Assembly: GCA_040954595.2 (NCBI GenBank)
Contig: CM082576.2
Coordinates: forward strand, 2,578,760-2,642,759
Length of the DNA stretch: 64,000 nt
Direction of reading: 5' to 3'
DNA from: Balanoglossus misakiensis
Lineage: Eukaryota > Animalia > Hemichordata
Translations under genes and position numbers: made by a program
Notes under the pieces: model-generated
What the model was told of the DNA's origin: nothing
The model's input: the letters and a program-made list of their open reading frames with translations, nothing else
The model's database searches: none
Part shown: positions 13,001-26,989 of the stretch, one piece after another
Numbering within the stretch: position 1 is the stretch's first letter
Layout of the letters: each line of letters opens with the position of its first letter

Positions 13001-16000
13001 TTTACATATTCCTGCAAAACACATACATGTGTACACCACTTCTGTCAGCCAATGGGTTGAACTTTTGAGTCGGTGACATTTTCATAATTTACCAAGCTTA
13101 TCTGAACATTTTGAACACAGACATATACAAACACAGCAAACATACCTCTGCATTTTGGATTCCTTTTCCTTGAAATACTCAGAGAGCACGGTAAGTTTGG
13201 TCTGTGATTCCTGGTATTGTTTTTGCGCTTCAGTTTGGCTGGCTTGTAGTTCCTCCATGCGTGCGGTCAGCTTGGCAACTGTGTCTATTGAAATCAAATC
13301 CAAATTCAACAAGGCATATGTCAGAATAAGATTGAATTTTCAATTTCAAACTATGGACCATGACAGTATGAAAGTATCACCACAGTGTCTTGGTAGTCAT
13401 GACATGAGTGAAAATTGGCGTGAAGGTTTAGAGAACTTGAAACCACTCACCTTCCAGTTCTACTTTTGCTTTAATTTCTGCCTGGAGTTTAGTGTCCAGA
13501 CTCTCCCGTTGTTCCTCAGACACAGAAAGCTTGGCATTTACCTGAGAGGATTAACACAAATAACAGCATTGTTGCCAATGTATCAAATAACATTATCCCT
13601 CCAGTAGATATGTGGATAAAACTACTGAATTATTTCTGCAACTGCGATGGACTTACCGTCACAATGTCCATAACCTGTTTTATTTTCTGCTCAGCACTGT
13701 CAGCATCGCCTGTATGGTGAAAATGTCAAATCATCAAAATTAAAATGTACAGGTTTGGAGAACATCATGTTTAATGAATTGAACTTAATCATGCTTTGGC
13801 ACCCAAAGAGAGATTGACATGACATTGTGCCCTCGGAAATGCAATTTGCTATCATGGTAAAAAAAAGGGGGGGGGGCAACAAATACACACCTGCATTTTC
13901 ATCATGGTCCAACTTTTCCAATGATTTCATTTGAAGGAGGCAATCTTTGAGAACCTGCCATTAAAAAAATTCACAGCACATCAGACTTTCATTCAAAAAA
14001 CTGAAAAAATAAAAATGTCAGCACTTGGTATTTCTTGCACAATTTATAAAACTCAAATCTGCAAGTTGTACAATAAGGCAAATGTTGGTAAGCCGCTAAA
14101 ATTTTGGCTTGTCAGACAGACAGTTCATTGCCCATATATGGTGTGTGACCCCTACTGACCTCAAGTTCATTGTTCTTATATTCAAGTGTTTCCTCTGCCT
14201 CTTTCTTTTCATCTGTCAGTGCTTCCAGTTGTTCAGTCAGGTCCTTGACTCTGAAAAAAAGTTTCAAACAAAGGATAGAATATGAGATGTTGAAGTTATA
14301 AGTATTCATTTACACCCAATGCTGAGAAAATTTCCGTTTACTTATTTCAAAAATAATCATGACAAAGGTCTACAGTTGGCCGTAACTATAGTGACAATCA
14401 ATACAATGGCAATTATACGTACATAATTACTTTGTATGTACCATGTTAATAATAAGCTAAAATAAGGCAAGACTCACTTTTTATTGAAATCTTCAACAGA
14501 TCCAGTAAGCTGTGGTTAGGATGAAATGCACATAAAAGTTTCATTATGACAGGTTATTTCAATCTAACAAACAATGGGGATGCGAATTAAATTTTGAGAA
14601 ACAACTCTCGGGCTGCTCTGTGGGGACATGGCTGAGTGGTCAAGTCAAGGGAGGGGTGTCAGGAGGTCATTTTACCTGTTTGTTATTGTCTTCTGAGAGT
14701 CTGATCTGTTCCTCGCAGGCGGCAATTTGGGTCTGCAGTTGGTTTCTTGCGACCTCGGACTCAGAAATCGAATTCTCGTACTGTTGACAGAATGTGTGTT
14801 CCAAGAGTGAATGAATGAAGTTGAAAATTATTTAAAAGTTGACAAGAAATAATATAAAATCAATTGTCTGCAGAATGGAGGTTATTTATCAATCCAAGAC
14901 ACTATTCAATTTCATACCTGCTGGATCTGGTGTTGCAGTATTGTCATCTGTGCAATGCTGTCTGTTAACTGTTGCTGGTAGGTCAAATTCTGACGACAAA
15001 AAAGAGAGCAAAGAAAAGGTGAGTCAGTTTGTTAAAAATGGCATGAATGATTGAATGAGATAACGTTAATATTATTCCATTCAGCAAACTGTGGACTAAA
15101 AGGGATATTTATATTTTGACCATAAATTAGGTCACATGTCTGGCTGTTAAACACAACATTCAAATCACCTGGTTCTGTTGTTCTTGATACAGTTCACTCT
15201 GTTGTGAAAGCTGCTGTTGATATCTTTTCAGTTCGTCATCCAAAGATTTGGCTTGCTTGCATGTTTTCTGATACACGCCCTGGAAAAGAAATCAAGATAA
15301 AAATGGTTACAATGTATGTTTAATGGTGCAAGTTTCAGTCTCTATGGCAGGATGCAAACAGACATACAGCTATATATTCATACATGTACACAAACATGGT
15401 CACATACACACAGACGTTCAGGATAACCAAGTGTCGACATAAAATTATACCTCCAGATGTTTTTTCTCATCTCGAAGTTTATTGGCATCCATCATGTTGT
15501 TGTCAAGTGAGGTCTGCAGAGCCACAACCTGTAACAGATTATTAACACAATGAGTTACTAGAGTTTTATTATATAACTACATGCTTTCTTTCATTCATAA
15601 TTCTATAACTAAATTTGAAGTTCTTTTATCAAGAGTTTCCGATACCAAATCAAATATCAGAAACTGTTTGAATTATTTACAAACTTTGTCTCCAGCTTGT
15701 GACTGATTGACATGCATAAGGGAAATGGCAAAAACCTTGCCTGGAGTTCAAAAAAAGGAATATTAAGTATCGCATGACAATGCCCACCTGTCTCTGAACA
15801 TCTGCCAAGGATTTGGCCGTGTCCTGTTTTTCCTGTTCCAGTAACTGGATTTGCTGCTCCAGCTGCCGTTTGATCACTGCAAAGACAATTTAAACAATGT
15901 ATAAATTATAATACATGAAATTCCAGTAAAAATGGCTTTTTTTAATATACTTTTTGAGTACCAGTAGTTCAAAATAATTATTACATAAGGATACAATGAC

Positions 16001-19000
16001 TGTCTACTCACCTAGGGGGTCCACTTTCTTCTTTCCAAATAACTGCAGAAATAGACAAGATAATGATAGATTTAAAATATCGCATGATTTTCCTACACAC
16101 TGGCATTACATCTAGGCACCATTGCTAAAGTCATTTTTTTAACAGTCGCTTATTGCCAAACACAATTTATGAATGTTTGACAGAGAAAAAATGATGAAGA
16201 TTACATTGTAATTTTTTGTCATAAAATACTAAAAAGTTACCCACCCCACACATGCATTTGCAACAGAGCAATCCAAACGTCATGCAGCCCACGGCAACAG
16301 TTATAAACACAGCAACCCATGGAATACCATAAAACGTGTCTTCCTTCAGAGCAAGGTACAATGATTCCGGCATCTGTCAAAAACAACCAAAACATATTCA
16401 TTTGGTTACAACAAACATAACATTAACGCTTTTGTAAAATATACTTACAGTCCCCAAATATTCAATCTCAAAAGGAAATATGATGTGACATAAATTCGAA
16501 GCTTGTAAGACATGTCACACGCCAAGATAGATTCTATTTTGTTCGCCCAGTCAAGTGGATGCCCTTTTGTAAGGTCAGGTGTCAAAGGTGATGCATTCCA
16601 AACAGTGGATCTGAGCAACAAACGCTTTTAAAACATACAACCCGAACACACAGAAAATGTCAGAAGACATTGTTCAAAATGAATATTATACAGGGATTTC
16701 GTTTACACGACGATGTGGTATCTTTGCAAAAACTTGCCACACTGCAGCCTCTACCTACCCACCCACAGCATGCAGGCAACACCCAGCACAAACAAAACAC
16801 TCACCATCACAAGTACTGGTTCAAGCAGAGGAGTTGCACTGTCAATCCAGTCCTCCACCCACGAACTGTAGAACGGTCTGCTGGTCTGACTTTCTCCAGA
16901 ACTGGCCTGGGAGCGTTCGCGGTTCCTGGCCGATTCGGCACGACGAATGGCTTCCTCCGGCTGCACAGAAAAGAAATCAACAGTGCGGTATAGTAAGTCA
17001 ACTTAGCATAACAATAACGCTGGATTCTTTCACAGAGGCAGGGCCACAACAGCCTGCATTGATCACCGAGTGGTAGTACACACATGAATTGATTGAAGAT
17101 TACACAACCTAATACATGAAGTAATCCCAGCGATTTCAATCATAATAAAAAGTGCCATGTTAAAGCTAACAGAAGTTTCACATGTTCCAACTTTTGAAAT
17201 TTGCCTGATTCTGGCCTGGCAAACATGTCCGCAAAAATGTATTCAAGATCATATGCAGTTATTGTGCAAGAAGTACTCCATTTACTATCATGACTGTAGC
17301 GAACTAAGACCGTTCTTACAGTTTTGTAGAAAACATATAAAGAAATACTAACATCATACTGCTCGTCTGAATTGTCTTCCCAATCCATGTGAAGCTGTCT
17401 CCTTCCACCACCAGTCAGCAATTTTTCAGGATCTCCATCATCTTCCACATCCTGAGACTCTTTGCTGTCATTGCCATTGCCGGCATCAACATTCTGCAGG
17501 TCTGGTTCAGGGTTACCGCTGGTCAATTCCGATTTGTCTGAGGTCACAGTGTCATAGGTCGGAGGGGCAGGTATTTCTGGGTTGAAGCCAGGTGGATCAG
17601 TCACTGATGACTGGGTTTGGGATGATGGTCTGTCAGTTGCAAGTTCAGGGTCTTCATCTTCGTCGACGTTGTCATGGTTCTCATTGGTTTCGTCAGAGTT
17701 TTCAGGTTTTTCCTGCTCAGAAGCTGTATAAAATCAAAAACAAAATTCTACTAAGTCTTGTATTCTCAGATTGATTTTGCTAGACATTTTCACAATACAG
17801 GTAATACATTCACACACAGTAAATAGACCTGCATGTGATCAAAACTGCAGAGTTTACCATGTCTGAAAATGAGTTCAATGTCAAAGACGCACATTGAAAA
17901 AAAGCTCATTACACACAGCATAATCTTTTCAATCCATTTCCTGGTGAATGGAACAGTCATTCAATTTGGCAGATGAGTGACAGAATGTGTGTGTGGCACT
18001 GTGAGTGAAATCATAGACTGGTTAAATTTTATGTTTGCGCAGTACAGATAGTGAGCATATTTGTGTATGTGTGCTTGTCCATGAGTGTAACATTTTTCCA
18101 ATATTAGACAAAAAGTATTGCTAACATTTATATGTGTGTGAGCGCGCACGCACTTGCAGTTATTAGCAATGAAGAACAGATAAGTGGAGAAAACTACAAT
18201 GACTCATGATCTCGCACATTCATACTCAGTGGTAAGTGCCATGCAGCTGTGTATACAACATTCAGCATAAGGCCAAAGTCAATTTTTTTCACTTACAGTT
18301 CAATTGCTGTGACCTCATAATGCAAAGACTGTGACAGGCACAACGATTACCAACAATCGTGCTCTGTTCAAACATTGCAAAAAATATAGTTACATCTACA
18401 TGTACACTGATATTGACTCAAAACAAAGACAAATGACTTTAATATATGTGAATGACACAGACTGGCACACTTTTCTTTATAGAAGGATATATTTCAGAAT
18501 TCAACAAAGATACACTCAAGATAGATAACAAGCAAAAAAATTTGCTGTGCGTAACAAAGCAATGTATGAGCTCTACTAAACTGTGACCACTTCAGAAACA
18601 GGTGACAGAACTAGAATGGAAATCACACGTAACAAGGAGTGAATTGAATCCTACGAGTCGAGGGAGAATGTTTTAGAGTCGCAGATCTGACATTGCTTGA
18701 TGCGTAGAATGTGAGACAGGAGACAGTAAAAAGGGGACAGGATACAAAGATGCAAAAAGTGCAAAGCAGGATGAGCCATTCAATGTATGCATCAATAGCC
18801 CACCTGCTCCATGTGTGTCTTCTATCGACTGGTCGGTCTCTACGCTTCCCTCTTGCGTGTTCCCATTGTGACCGCCACCACCGCCGACTTGTCCAGTGGC
18901 CAGTGGTCCAGAATCTACATGGACACTGCTACTGATGAATGCATGCACCCCTTCCAAACCCAAACCTGCACCGGGATCTCGGGACGCTACGTCTACGCCA

Positions 19001-22000
19001 GCTGTGGCATCTACAGGTGGCTGGCTACTATCCGGCCACGCAGTCGGTGTCGGTTCGGTCATTTCCAGACTGTCGGTCGCATGAGAGTTCTGAGGGATTG
19101 CGTGCGTTTGACGAACCATTTCTGACGGTTCCAGTCCCCCGTTTGGAGCAGTATCAGGGTTTAGTTGTGTTATCCGTGAAGTGTGTGAGTGGTGATGGTC
19201 GGGTTCAACAATGTCATCTGGATGTTGGTGATTGTGACTTGTGGGTGCGGACGGCACAGAGTTAGGAGTTAGTGTAGCTTTCATGCTTTCTGCCATGGTC
19301 TGTTGCGGCTGCGATGTGGAGGGACTTGCCTGTACGTCACCAGACGCAGTCTCCATGACTCCAGCAAACGACGTTGCGGGGAGGTCCATATCACCAAAGT
19401 AAATGGTGGTACCTTCTATCACCTCATAGTCCTTACCTTCAGTGCCCTCCTCCATCTCCAATGGAACGCCAGGATCGACAGCGTCCATATCCTGGGTTTC
19501 TTGATCCGCCTGAGGTTTCTCTTGATGGACTTGTCTGGCCGACTCTCCATCTGGATGAACTGCAAAGACAGACAAGCAAGGAATCAGAATCTATCTCGTT
19601 CTCTGTTTGAGATGTGATCACTGTCTGAACATCAGTCAAAGTGACCTACTGAAGCAAAATGTCAAGATAGTAATGCGGATGTAAGACTAGAACAGTACAA
19701 CCATTTTGATTGAAAAAACAAAACATACCTTCACCCAGATGATCCCGACTGTCTTTGATGAAAGCTGCATATTCTGCCTTTATATCATCCATCCTCTTTC
19801 TCACTTCAGCCCTGATTTTCTCTTCTGCTGAGAGCTGATCATTGTTGCTGGGGTCATCACCTGAAACTGTCACCATGGCGTCTGGGTGCTTGTTTACCTG
19901 ACTGTTGTCTGGAGAAGTGTGCGTCTTGACAATGTCTTCATCGGAAACTTCAGGCTTGCCTTCATCTTCAGTTTGATCTGTACTCTCTGTTTCTGCTTTT
20001 CCATTGTCCGCACCGTCCTCTTCAGTCTTGTCAAGTGCCATTCCAGCCAGCTCAGCCTCGGTCTCGAGTTCATGTCCTTGGGGAGGGTCAGGTTGATCCT
20101 TTGAATCGGAGGTGTCATGCGCTTGTTCGTCAGCAGAAGAGTTGCCTTCTTGTTTGATGGGGTCAACAGGACTTGAAGGTGTTTCAGATGAGTCTTCCTC
20201 AGGTTCTTCTTCATCCTCCTCGTCTTCTCCATAATCATCTCCTTCCTCATCTTCCTCATCAAAATACTCTTCATCCTCCTCTTCTTCCTCCTCCTCGTCA
20301 TCATCTCCTTCCCCATCAGGATTCTCCTCCTGGCTCAGCTCATCATTATCTGCCGTCAGCCTGTTGTCTCCACCCTCTGCATCACCATGCCGGTTCCGCA
20401 GTTCCTCTCGGAGAGCTTCTTCCAGGATATCCTTCCCATCAACATTGAGGATTCGGCTGCTGCTTTCCTCCTCCTCGTCCAGTTCATTGATCAGTTCATC
20501 CAGGTCGTCAAGAGCTACCTCCAGGTAGTCTGAATCACTGACGTCAAAGAAAAACCCATCATTAGTTTCCTCCAGCTGGACATGTTCTTCTTTGCTGTCA
20601 TCAATGTCCTTGTCACCAGATTTTTCTGTCTGCACATCATGAATAGTCTCAGTGCGGTTCTCTGGATTTTCAGTTGAATCCTCAGCCATGTCGGAGTGTT
20701 CAGCCTGATGATCTAACTGATGGTCGTCCGTGACAACGTCCTCTGTGTCTTCGCCAGTTTCATCAAGATCCAAGACTTTCTCCTCCTTCTGATCCATTTC
20801 TTCCGCTCCAGCATCCATGCTGGGACTTTCAGTATGTTGTGAGGAATGAACATTCTCTGGTTCTTCACCATCAACATGAACATCTCCAGCATCTGGTCTG
20901 TGCCTTTCCGGGTCGATTGTCGTTCTGGGTCTGGTTTCCTGTGTTTCTGTGGTGTCAACACCCTGGATGGTAATGTCATTCTGGTCGTCACCAACTGGCT
21001 CTTGGACATCCTGTTTGGTTTCAGCAGCAGCAGCACCTTCACTGTCAGGAGCATGAATAACATCACCGTCCCGAGGAACTCCCAGGACTTGTTCATCTGG
21101 GTGAGCGACCTCACTGTCAGCAGAACTACTGTGATCAGCAGTCTGTTCATCCTGGTCCAGGGGCTCTGGCAAAGACCCATCGCTGTCATCCTCAGAGTGT
21201 TCTACATCACCGATGACATTTTCATTGCGATCTGGATCTTCTCCCTCCGTGATGTCTAACACCTTGTACAGAAGTTTCTTCGCTTCATCCTCCACGTTCT
21301 GACTGCCATTGGGATCTGCATGGTCATCATCATTTGGCTGGAGATCCTCATCAAACTCTGCCTGATGCATTTCATAGACATTGTCTGTATCGGCACCGCC
21401 ACCGTGCAAGGAATCACCAGCAATGGCCTGACCATCATGTTGTCCAATGTCATCAGATTTGGTCACTTTGACAGGTTCAAATTCCGAGTGGTGTATCTCG
21501 ACTTCTGGCAAGCCTTGGTCAGCCTCATCTGTACCTGAAACACTGTTGAGGTGATCGTCATCAGTCCTCCCGTGTTCCTGTGACTGTTCATCTTCGACAG
21601 TTAAAGAATCAGTATGTTCCTGAGGTTCTTGTGAGGAATCTGTCGGTGCAGTTGATGGACTTTCTTGCAAGGCATCTTGAAGATCAGATTGTTTGAGATC
21701 GACATCGGCGAGATCATCACTGACCGTTTCCATAGCGTCCTGATGCTGTTGCTCTTTCTGTATCCGCAGCAATTGTTCCAGCTGCTGACGCTGATCTTCA
21801 GTAAGTTCAGCTTCCTGGTCAGGATGTACACCATCAAATACACCATTGTGTTCAGCATGATCAGCATGCAAGTGTTCATCCTCTTGCGGGACAGTCTCCT
21901 CCACACTGTCGGTCAATTCAGCCTGCTGGGAATCCTCTGCGACAGAATCTGCCTGAGTGTCCACACCAGCAGGCTGATCACTTGATCCTGATTCAACATT

Positions 22001-24054
22001 CTCAACACTGGGCTGCTGAGAAGAGTCTGTGCTGTCGGCAAGAAACTTTTCCCTGAGATGTTCTTCTTCTTCTTCCTCAGTATCAACTTCCTCACTTGAA
22101 GGCAGTCCATCCTGCAAGACTTCTTCGTCTTCCTGTGCTTCATTGCCCTATAAAGGGAAAATAACATTTCCAGATATCACTGTAGATATATTCCCTTTGA
22201 ACAAATACAACATGTACACCATTTCTCTGTATTGCCAATGGCTATTTTGTATGAAGAAACTTAGAAAGTAACAATTACTACTATACCTCTGTAGGTAGGA
22301 CATGCTTTGGACGCGCTTCAAAGAGTTTGGATTCAAGGACAAAATTTTTTGGAAAATATCCTCTCTTGCCTGGCTGGTCAGCAACCTTGGAAGTAAAATA
22401 CAATAATATTAATAACAATCAAAAGGTGTCTCTCAATTTATGAAGCGTGTTGTTATTGCATCATTTTATATCATCATTTTACAATGTATATCAGCCCATA
22501 TGTCTGAGACGTACATAATGTGCAACTGTTAAATGTAGGAATACCATAATTTTTTCATCATCCATTACATGACGTCAATTCTTCTACACTAGCAATCAAG
22601 CGTTTGTCTACTTGCCAGTCACACACAACTCTGCAGTGTCTCCTAATTAAGTTACTCTTACACTTTCTCACTTACCTCTCCGCCCCATAAATTTTGGAGT
22701 TGCCCAGCTGACTTGCTATAAACAATGACGGTATCATCTTTGTCAAAATATAAGAATCTGGGATCTGTTGGGTGGTAATTTCCGATGGCCTTGCCTTCGG
22801 ATATTGGTTCTGTGTGCAGAAAGTTTCCAAAAATGCAAACAGGTCATTGAATGTCCACAGCAACAAACAATTTCAGCAACATAATGATACACTGTTACAT
22901 GCTTTGATTTGAAGCAAAATCACCGTACTGGTTGGCAGATTGGTGAGCGATTTGCTTCATGTAAAAATGTATCCTCTACATGTGGATGTGCATTTAATCT
23001 GAAGTTCAATACTGTACATCATACTTGTCTGGTACTTCTCTGTACATCACAAATTGATATTTGCCACACAACAGTAAAATACCCAAATCCCTCATTTAGA
23101 GTTCTTGAAGTAATTTTGTTCATTATTATATGGACATGGGATCTGCACTTTAAGTATTTGGATACTCTGATCACTACAGATGTCATTGTCGATAAAATCT
23201 GAGATGATTTTTACAGCAAATTTTGTTTATATAATAATTAAATGGGTGCAAGCCAAATGCAGCAAGAAGATTAACTTACCTATCTGAAATGACATCAGCA
23301 ATCAGTAGGGTTTTAAAATGTTAGTATCAGGTTATTTCACTCAAAAAGGTCAAGTATGTGTACTGCTGTAATATTTTCCGATGTGTTTGTGTACGTCAAC
23401 TCTTGTAACATATTTTTTGTTTTTATTTTTTATACTCATAATTTTCGCTGATTTATGCATACACTCAAGAGCTTTTATGCATTTGGCATCACATACATAA
23501 AATCGTTGGTACAAATGAATCTGAATAGACAAATACATGTACAATGTAAATTTGTATGCGGGTATGCAGTCACTGCGTATCAATACCACACGTTTCTATG
23601 GAAGGTTCCAATGTTCTGTCCATAGCCCAATGCGGAAGCGAATGTGTGGGCCATTTGTTTCCACACAGCAACCGTGGTATCATTGAATTGCCACGCCGAT
23701 TTGTTTGCTTGACCGAAAAAATGAGACGACGCCGCGTTTCCAGTGGCGAAACAAGACGCCGATGAACGCGTAACGCGCAAGCCTATCCACTCCAATCGCC
23801 CCCAAAACACAGATCGTCGGCTCACACATCGGCTTCGATTTCAGGCAAACCGGTGACCCGGTCAAAGAGCGAACATGTGGATGCTGAAGTTTCAGTGTTA
23901 GGAGAAAGTCTATAAACTTACCTTTGCACTCGGGATCTCTGCATGCTTTAAAGTCACTAACATCCGTAGCTAAGCAGTAAAATACGAAAACTGTGAGTAA
24001 GATAGCAATAACTTTGGTGAGTGACGAGCAGACACCATCGCTCTTCGCTGCCAT
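10011..24054 (-). CDS. MIA3: TANGO1 / MIA3 (transport and Golgi organization 1), ~30 coding exons
   Basis: Signal peptide MAAKSDG..IAILLTVFVFYCLA. MIA-type SH3/MOTH domain spliced from 24054-23922, 22809-22676 and 22385-22287 (DFKACRDPECK/EPISEGKAIGNYHPTDPRFLYFDKDDTVIVYSKSAGQLQNLWGGE/VADQPGKRGYFPKNFV). Giant acidic luminal exons 22147-19729, 19559-18804, 17723-17353. Membrane region FYGIPWVAVFITVAVG (16373-16245). Many small coiled-coil exons, including VASHEKKAHESW/LSARNSERE..KRENAQLRQK. Proline-rich tail 11493-10993, 10509-10381, 10129-10011. Phases are consistent throughout. Confidence 0.95.
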
Positions 24055-25475
24055 CTTGTATATTTTCCACGTCACGATTCCTTAGTTCCTATGTCTCAGT
24101 CTCGCAAACGACGAGACTTCAGTACATTGACCCTCCAGGTTACCGAACATTACACAACTGGGAAGAGTTTTAAGATATGATCATACGATTCATAACTGGC
24201 ACAAACATATAACATTTTCAAAAATAGTCAATCAGATAGATTTCCGAAAGAATTTTACATCAATGACAAAACTATTCGTGGAAGCCTTCTATTTTTTATT
24301 TTTCCTTCGAGCTTAGAGGGTCCTAACTTGACCCACAACAACAAAGCAGCTCGACCATCGCACGGTGCTGAAGTTATTCTCGTTTTCGTATTCGTATTCG
24401 GGTTCATTCTCGTATTCGTTTTCGTATTGGAGTCACTGACAGAAGCGAGGTATTTTTAGCCCCCGATTCCACCAGGAAACAGAAATTTACAGGGTGTATA
24501 CAAATTTGCGTACATTCATTGTATGTTAAAATAACTGTACATGTCGGGGATTCTGCAATTTTGAAATAAAAGCCTTCTTTTGACGTTTTGGAAGGAAAAG
24601 GTGTTTTCCCCGAATTGGAGGAAAGAACCCCAAAACAAACTTTGAGATTTTCATTTTCGTATTCGTATTCGTATTCGCCTAGCGCCTTACCATGTGGACC
24701 AAGGGTACGGGCACTTGAGAAGTGCTGTAATTATTACTTTCAGAGGACATTTCTGCTGATCGGATGGCCTAGATCTGGAAATTCTACCTGTTTCAAGTGT
24801 TTGATTCCTACAGATATGCCAGGTACTTTATTGAACGTTCATATCATATGCAAACATAATGACCATCTCTCACTCACAGTGACAGTCTCACTCTTCTCTC
24901 TCCCTCTCTTTTAAGCAGATTTTTTAAAGCCAAAGATTGAATAGAATTTTATCTCTTTATAGGACAGCTGGCTGTAAAGGACACATGTTGATGCTCTTAT
25001 GGTGATACTGAAGGATTCAAAGATCTAGGGAATGATTGCTGTCAGGAAGATTTGTAAAATCACAGAATATTGAACACTTTCTAACCTCCTTTGAAAAAGA
25101 AAGAAAAATGAGCCCATGTAGGTGATGCCACAGATGTGCAAATTATCACAACTTGAGTTTAAAATGTGACAACAAATCCAAATATACGCCAAATTTCTCC
25201 AAAATTTCAAAACCTAAGAGACATTGGCTCTAGCTTGGATTATGTTATCCACACCACTAGTAATATTTTGTCTACATGAAATGATGATTATCTACTGTAT
25301 CTTTCTGTGAAAATGTTTCATGTGTATCAAAAATGCATTATTATTATTGTATAAATTCTGAATAACGTGATGCTTACTACTACTATTATTATTGTTCATT
25401 ATTCAATGTCATCCTTAGATCAGGAACATTTCCAAATGCTTGGAAGAAGGCATATTTGGTCCCTGCATTCATATC

Positions 25476-26863
25476 AGGTGATACAAGTGATCCATCAAAT
25501 TTATAGAGGAATTTCTATAAGTAGTTGTCTTGCAAAACTATTTACCTATGTGTTGAATAGCAGGCTTATGAATTTTCTTGATAGTAATGGTATTCTTTCG
25601 CCATTTCAGTCTGGTATTGAACTCGTATAGTGGGAGGGATATATGGACTTCTATTTGCAATATCAATTCCACAGTTAAACATATATATGATAGTTTATGC
25701 GAAACTTATGAACAAACTTGGCTGAGAAATATACATAATGATACAAGAAAATGTGGAATACAGAAGAACAAGCTCCGAACTTATAGACTATTTAAGACAA
25801 GCTTTAAATTTGAAAGTTATTTGTTAGATATAAGATCTTTTACTAAAAGGAAGTGGATAACAAACTTAGAATTTCTGATCATAACCTTTAAATAGAATTG
25901 GGTAGGTCAATGCCAATAGTTCCACTAAATGAAAGATTCTGCAAACAATGCGAGTCTTTAGTTGAGGACGAATTTCACTTTGTTATAGAATATCCAAAAT
26001 ATAGCGCTTATAGAGACATTCTATTTTTATCCACAAGTTTATATAATCCTGGCTTTCTTGATTTAAAGCCCCAGTATTTCTCGTGTGCATCCATTTTTCA
26101 TCATCGAAAAAAGCCTGTTTTTCCAGTACATCCATCATGGAATACTATATAATGAAGATGTAAGAAAGGTTTGGGCAATTGTAGCTACATGCAAGCCGAA
26201 AATATCGCCCGTAACACTTGAAATGATGCGCGGGTTTGTTTACAACGGAAATGTTGTACATGTCGATCAGCAAACATGCCACTTTGACATTTTGATGGTC
26301 AGACCATTTTCGGATTTGATCTGGTTCCATCGACTGATTTCTCCCATAAAGTTATCTTCCCAAAATTTCGCCGAATTAGTGCGCATTTCTTCGCTGAGTC
26401 GCTTGATTTGGGGCGACCAAACCTCTTCCGCATAGATTCACATTTGAGTGCGCATGCGCACTAGTCACGTGTGTCAACATTAGCCTGACTCACGTGACTT
26501 TCTGTCCGGACAGAAAGTCATTCTTCACTCGTTATATTGTAAATTGTATGAGTTTATCAGCAGAGCTGGGGATGATGACTGTTCGATTCAGTATCAATTA
26601 TCATCTACTTTTAGAAATTATAGATGCCGTTTCAAACAAAATTTTGCCCCTACGAGAAATACTGTGGCTTTAAATGAAAGAGAAAAGTTCATGTATTTTT
26701 TTACTCACAAAGATAAACTTCCTCTTGTGAAATTTATATCTATATATTTTAATTTATATATTTATATTTATATCCACCCCCAGCAGCAGCTTCGTCCAGT
26801 TGTGTAAATTTTGCCTTACCGCACTCCCTGAGTGTGTTGTTGTGCAATAAAGTTATTATTATT
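25476..26863 (+). pseudogene. Degenerate, internally deleted non-LTR retrotransposon (LINE ORF2, RTE-X-like) fragment, interrupted by a MITE at 26067-26669
   Basis: RT N-terminal motif (GDTSDPSN)YRGISISSCLAKLFTYVLNSRL..LSPFQSG is joined directly to the C-terminal region NKLRTYRLFK..ESYL..ERFCKQC..VEDEFHFV..PKY. The frame resumes after the MITE (LDL/NEREKFMYFF..KFI) and ends in AATAAA plus a (TTA)n tail at 26846-26863. Contains frameshifts and stops. Confidence 0.8.
26067..26669. mobile_element. TTAA-flanked non-autonomous DNA transposon (MITE), Kolobok-like
   Basis: TTAA|AGCCCCAGTATTTCTCGT ... ACGAGAAATACTGTGGCT|TTAA: an 18-bp TIR with 1 mismatch, TTAA TSD and AG..CT termini. Removing it restores the LINE reading frame. 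Confidence 0.85.
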
Positions 26864-26989
26864 GTTGAAATTTGCATTGTCAAAATTTCACTGTTCAAAT
26901 CATAGTTTAATTATTGAAACTAGAAGACATACATGTACCCACCTCGATATACATAGAATTTGTCCTTTTTGCGAAAAACAAAATGTATT

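Noticed and set aside
18297-18306. Apparent 10-nt microexon (cacag CAATTGAACT gtaagt) in TANGO1
   Set aside because: Not frame-preserving and has a poor polypyrimidine tract.
18673-22271. Many overlapping ORFs, and the 823-aa and 300-aa ORFs read as stand-alone genes
   Set aside because: They are internal TANGO1 exons with intron read-through tails, or their shadows.
23280-23283. Apparent 4-nt microexon (tttcag ATAG gtaagt) in TANGO1 intron 1
   Set aside because: Would frameshift the SH3 domain, and exons 1 and 2 already join in frame. No further support.
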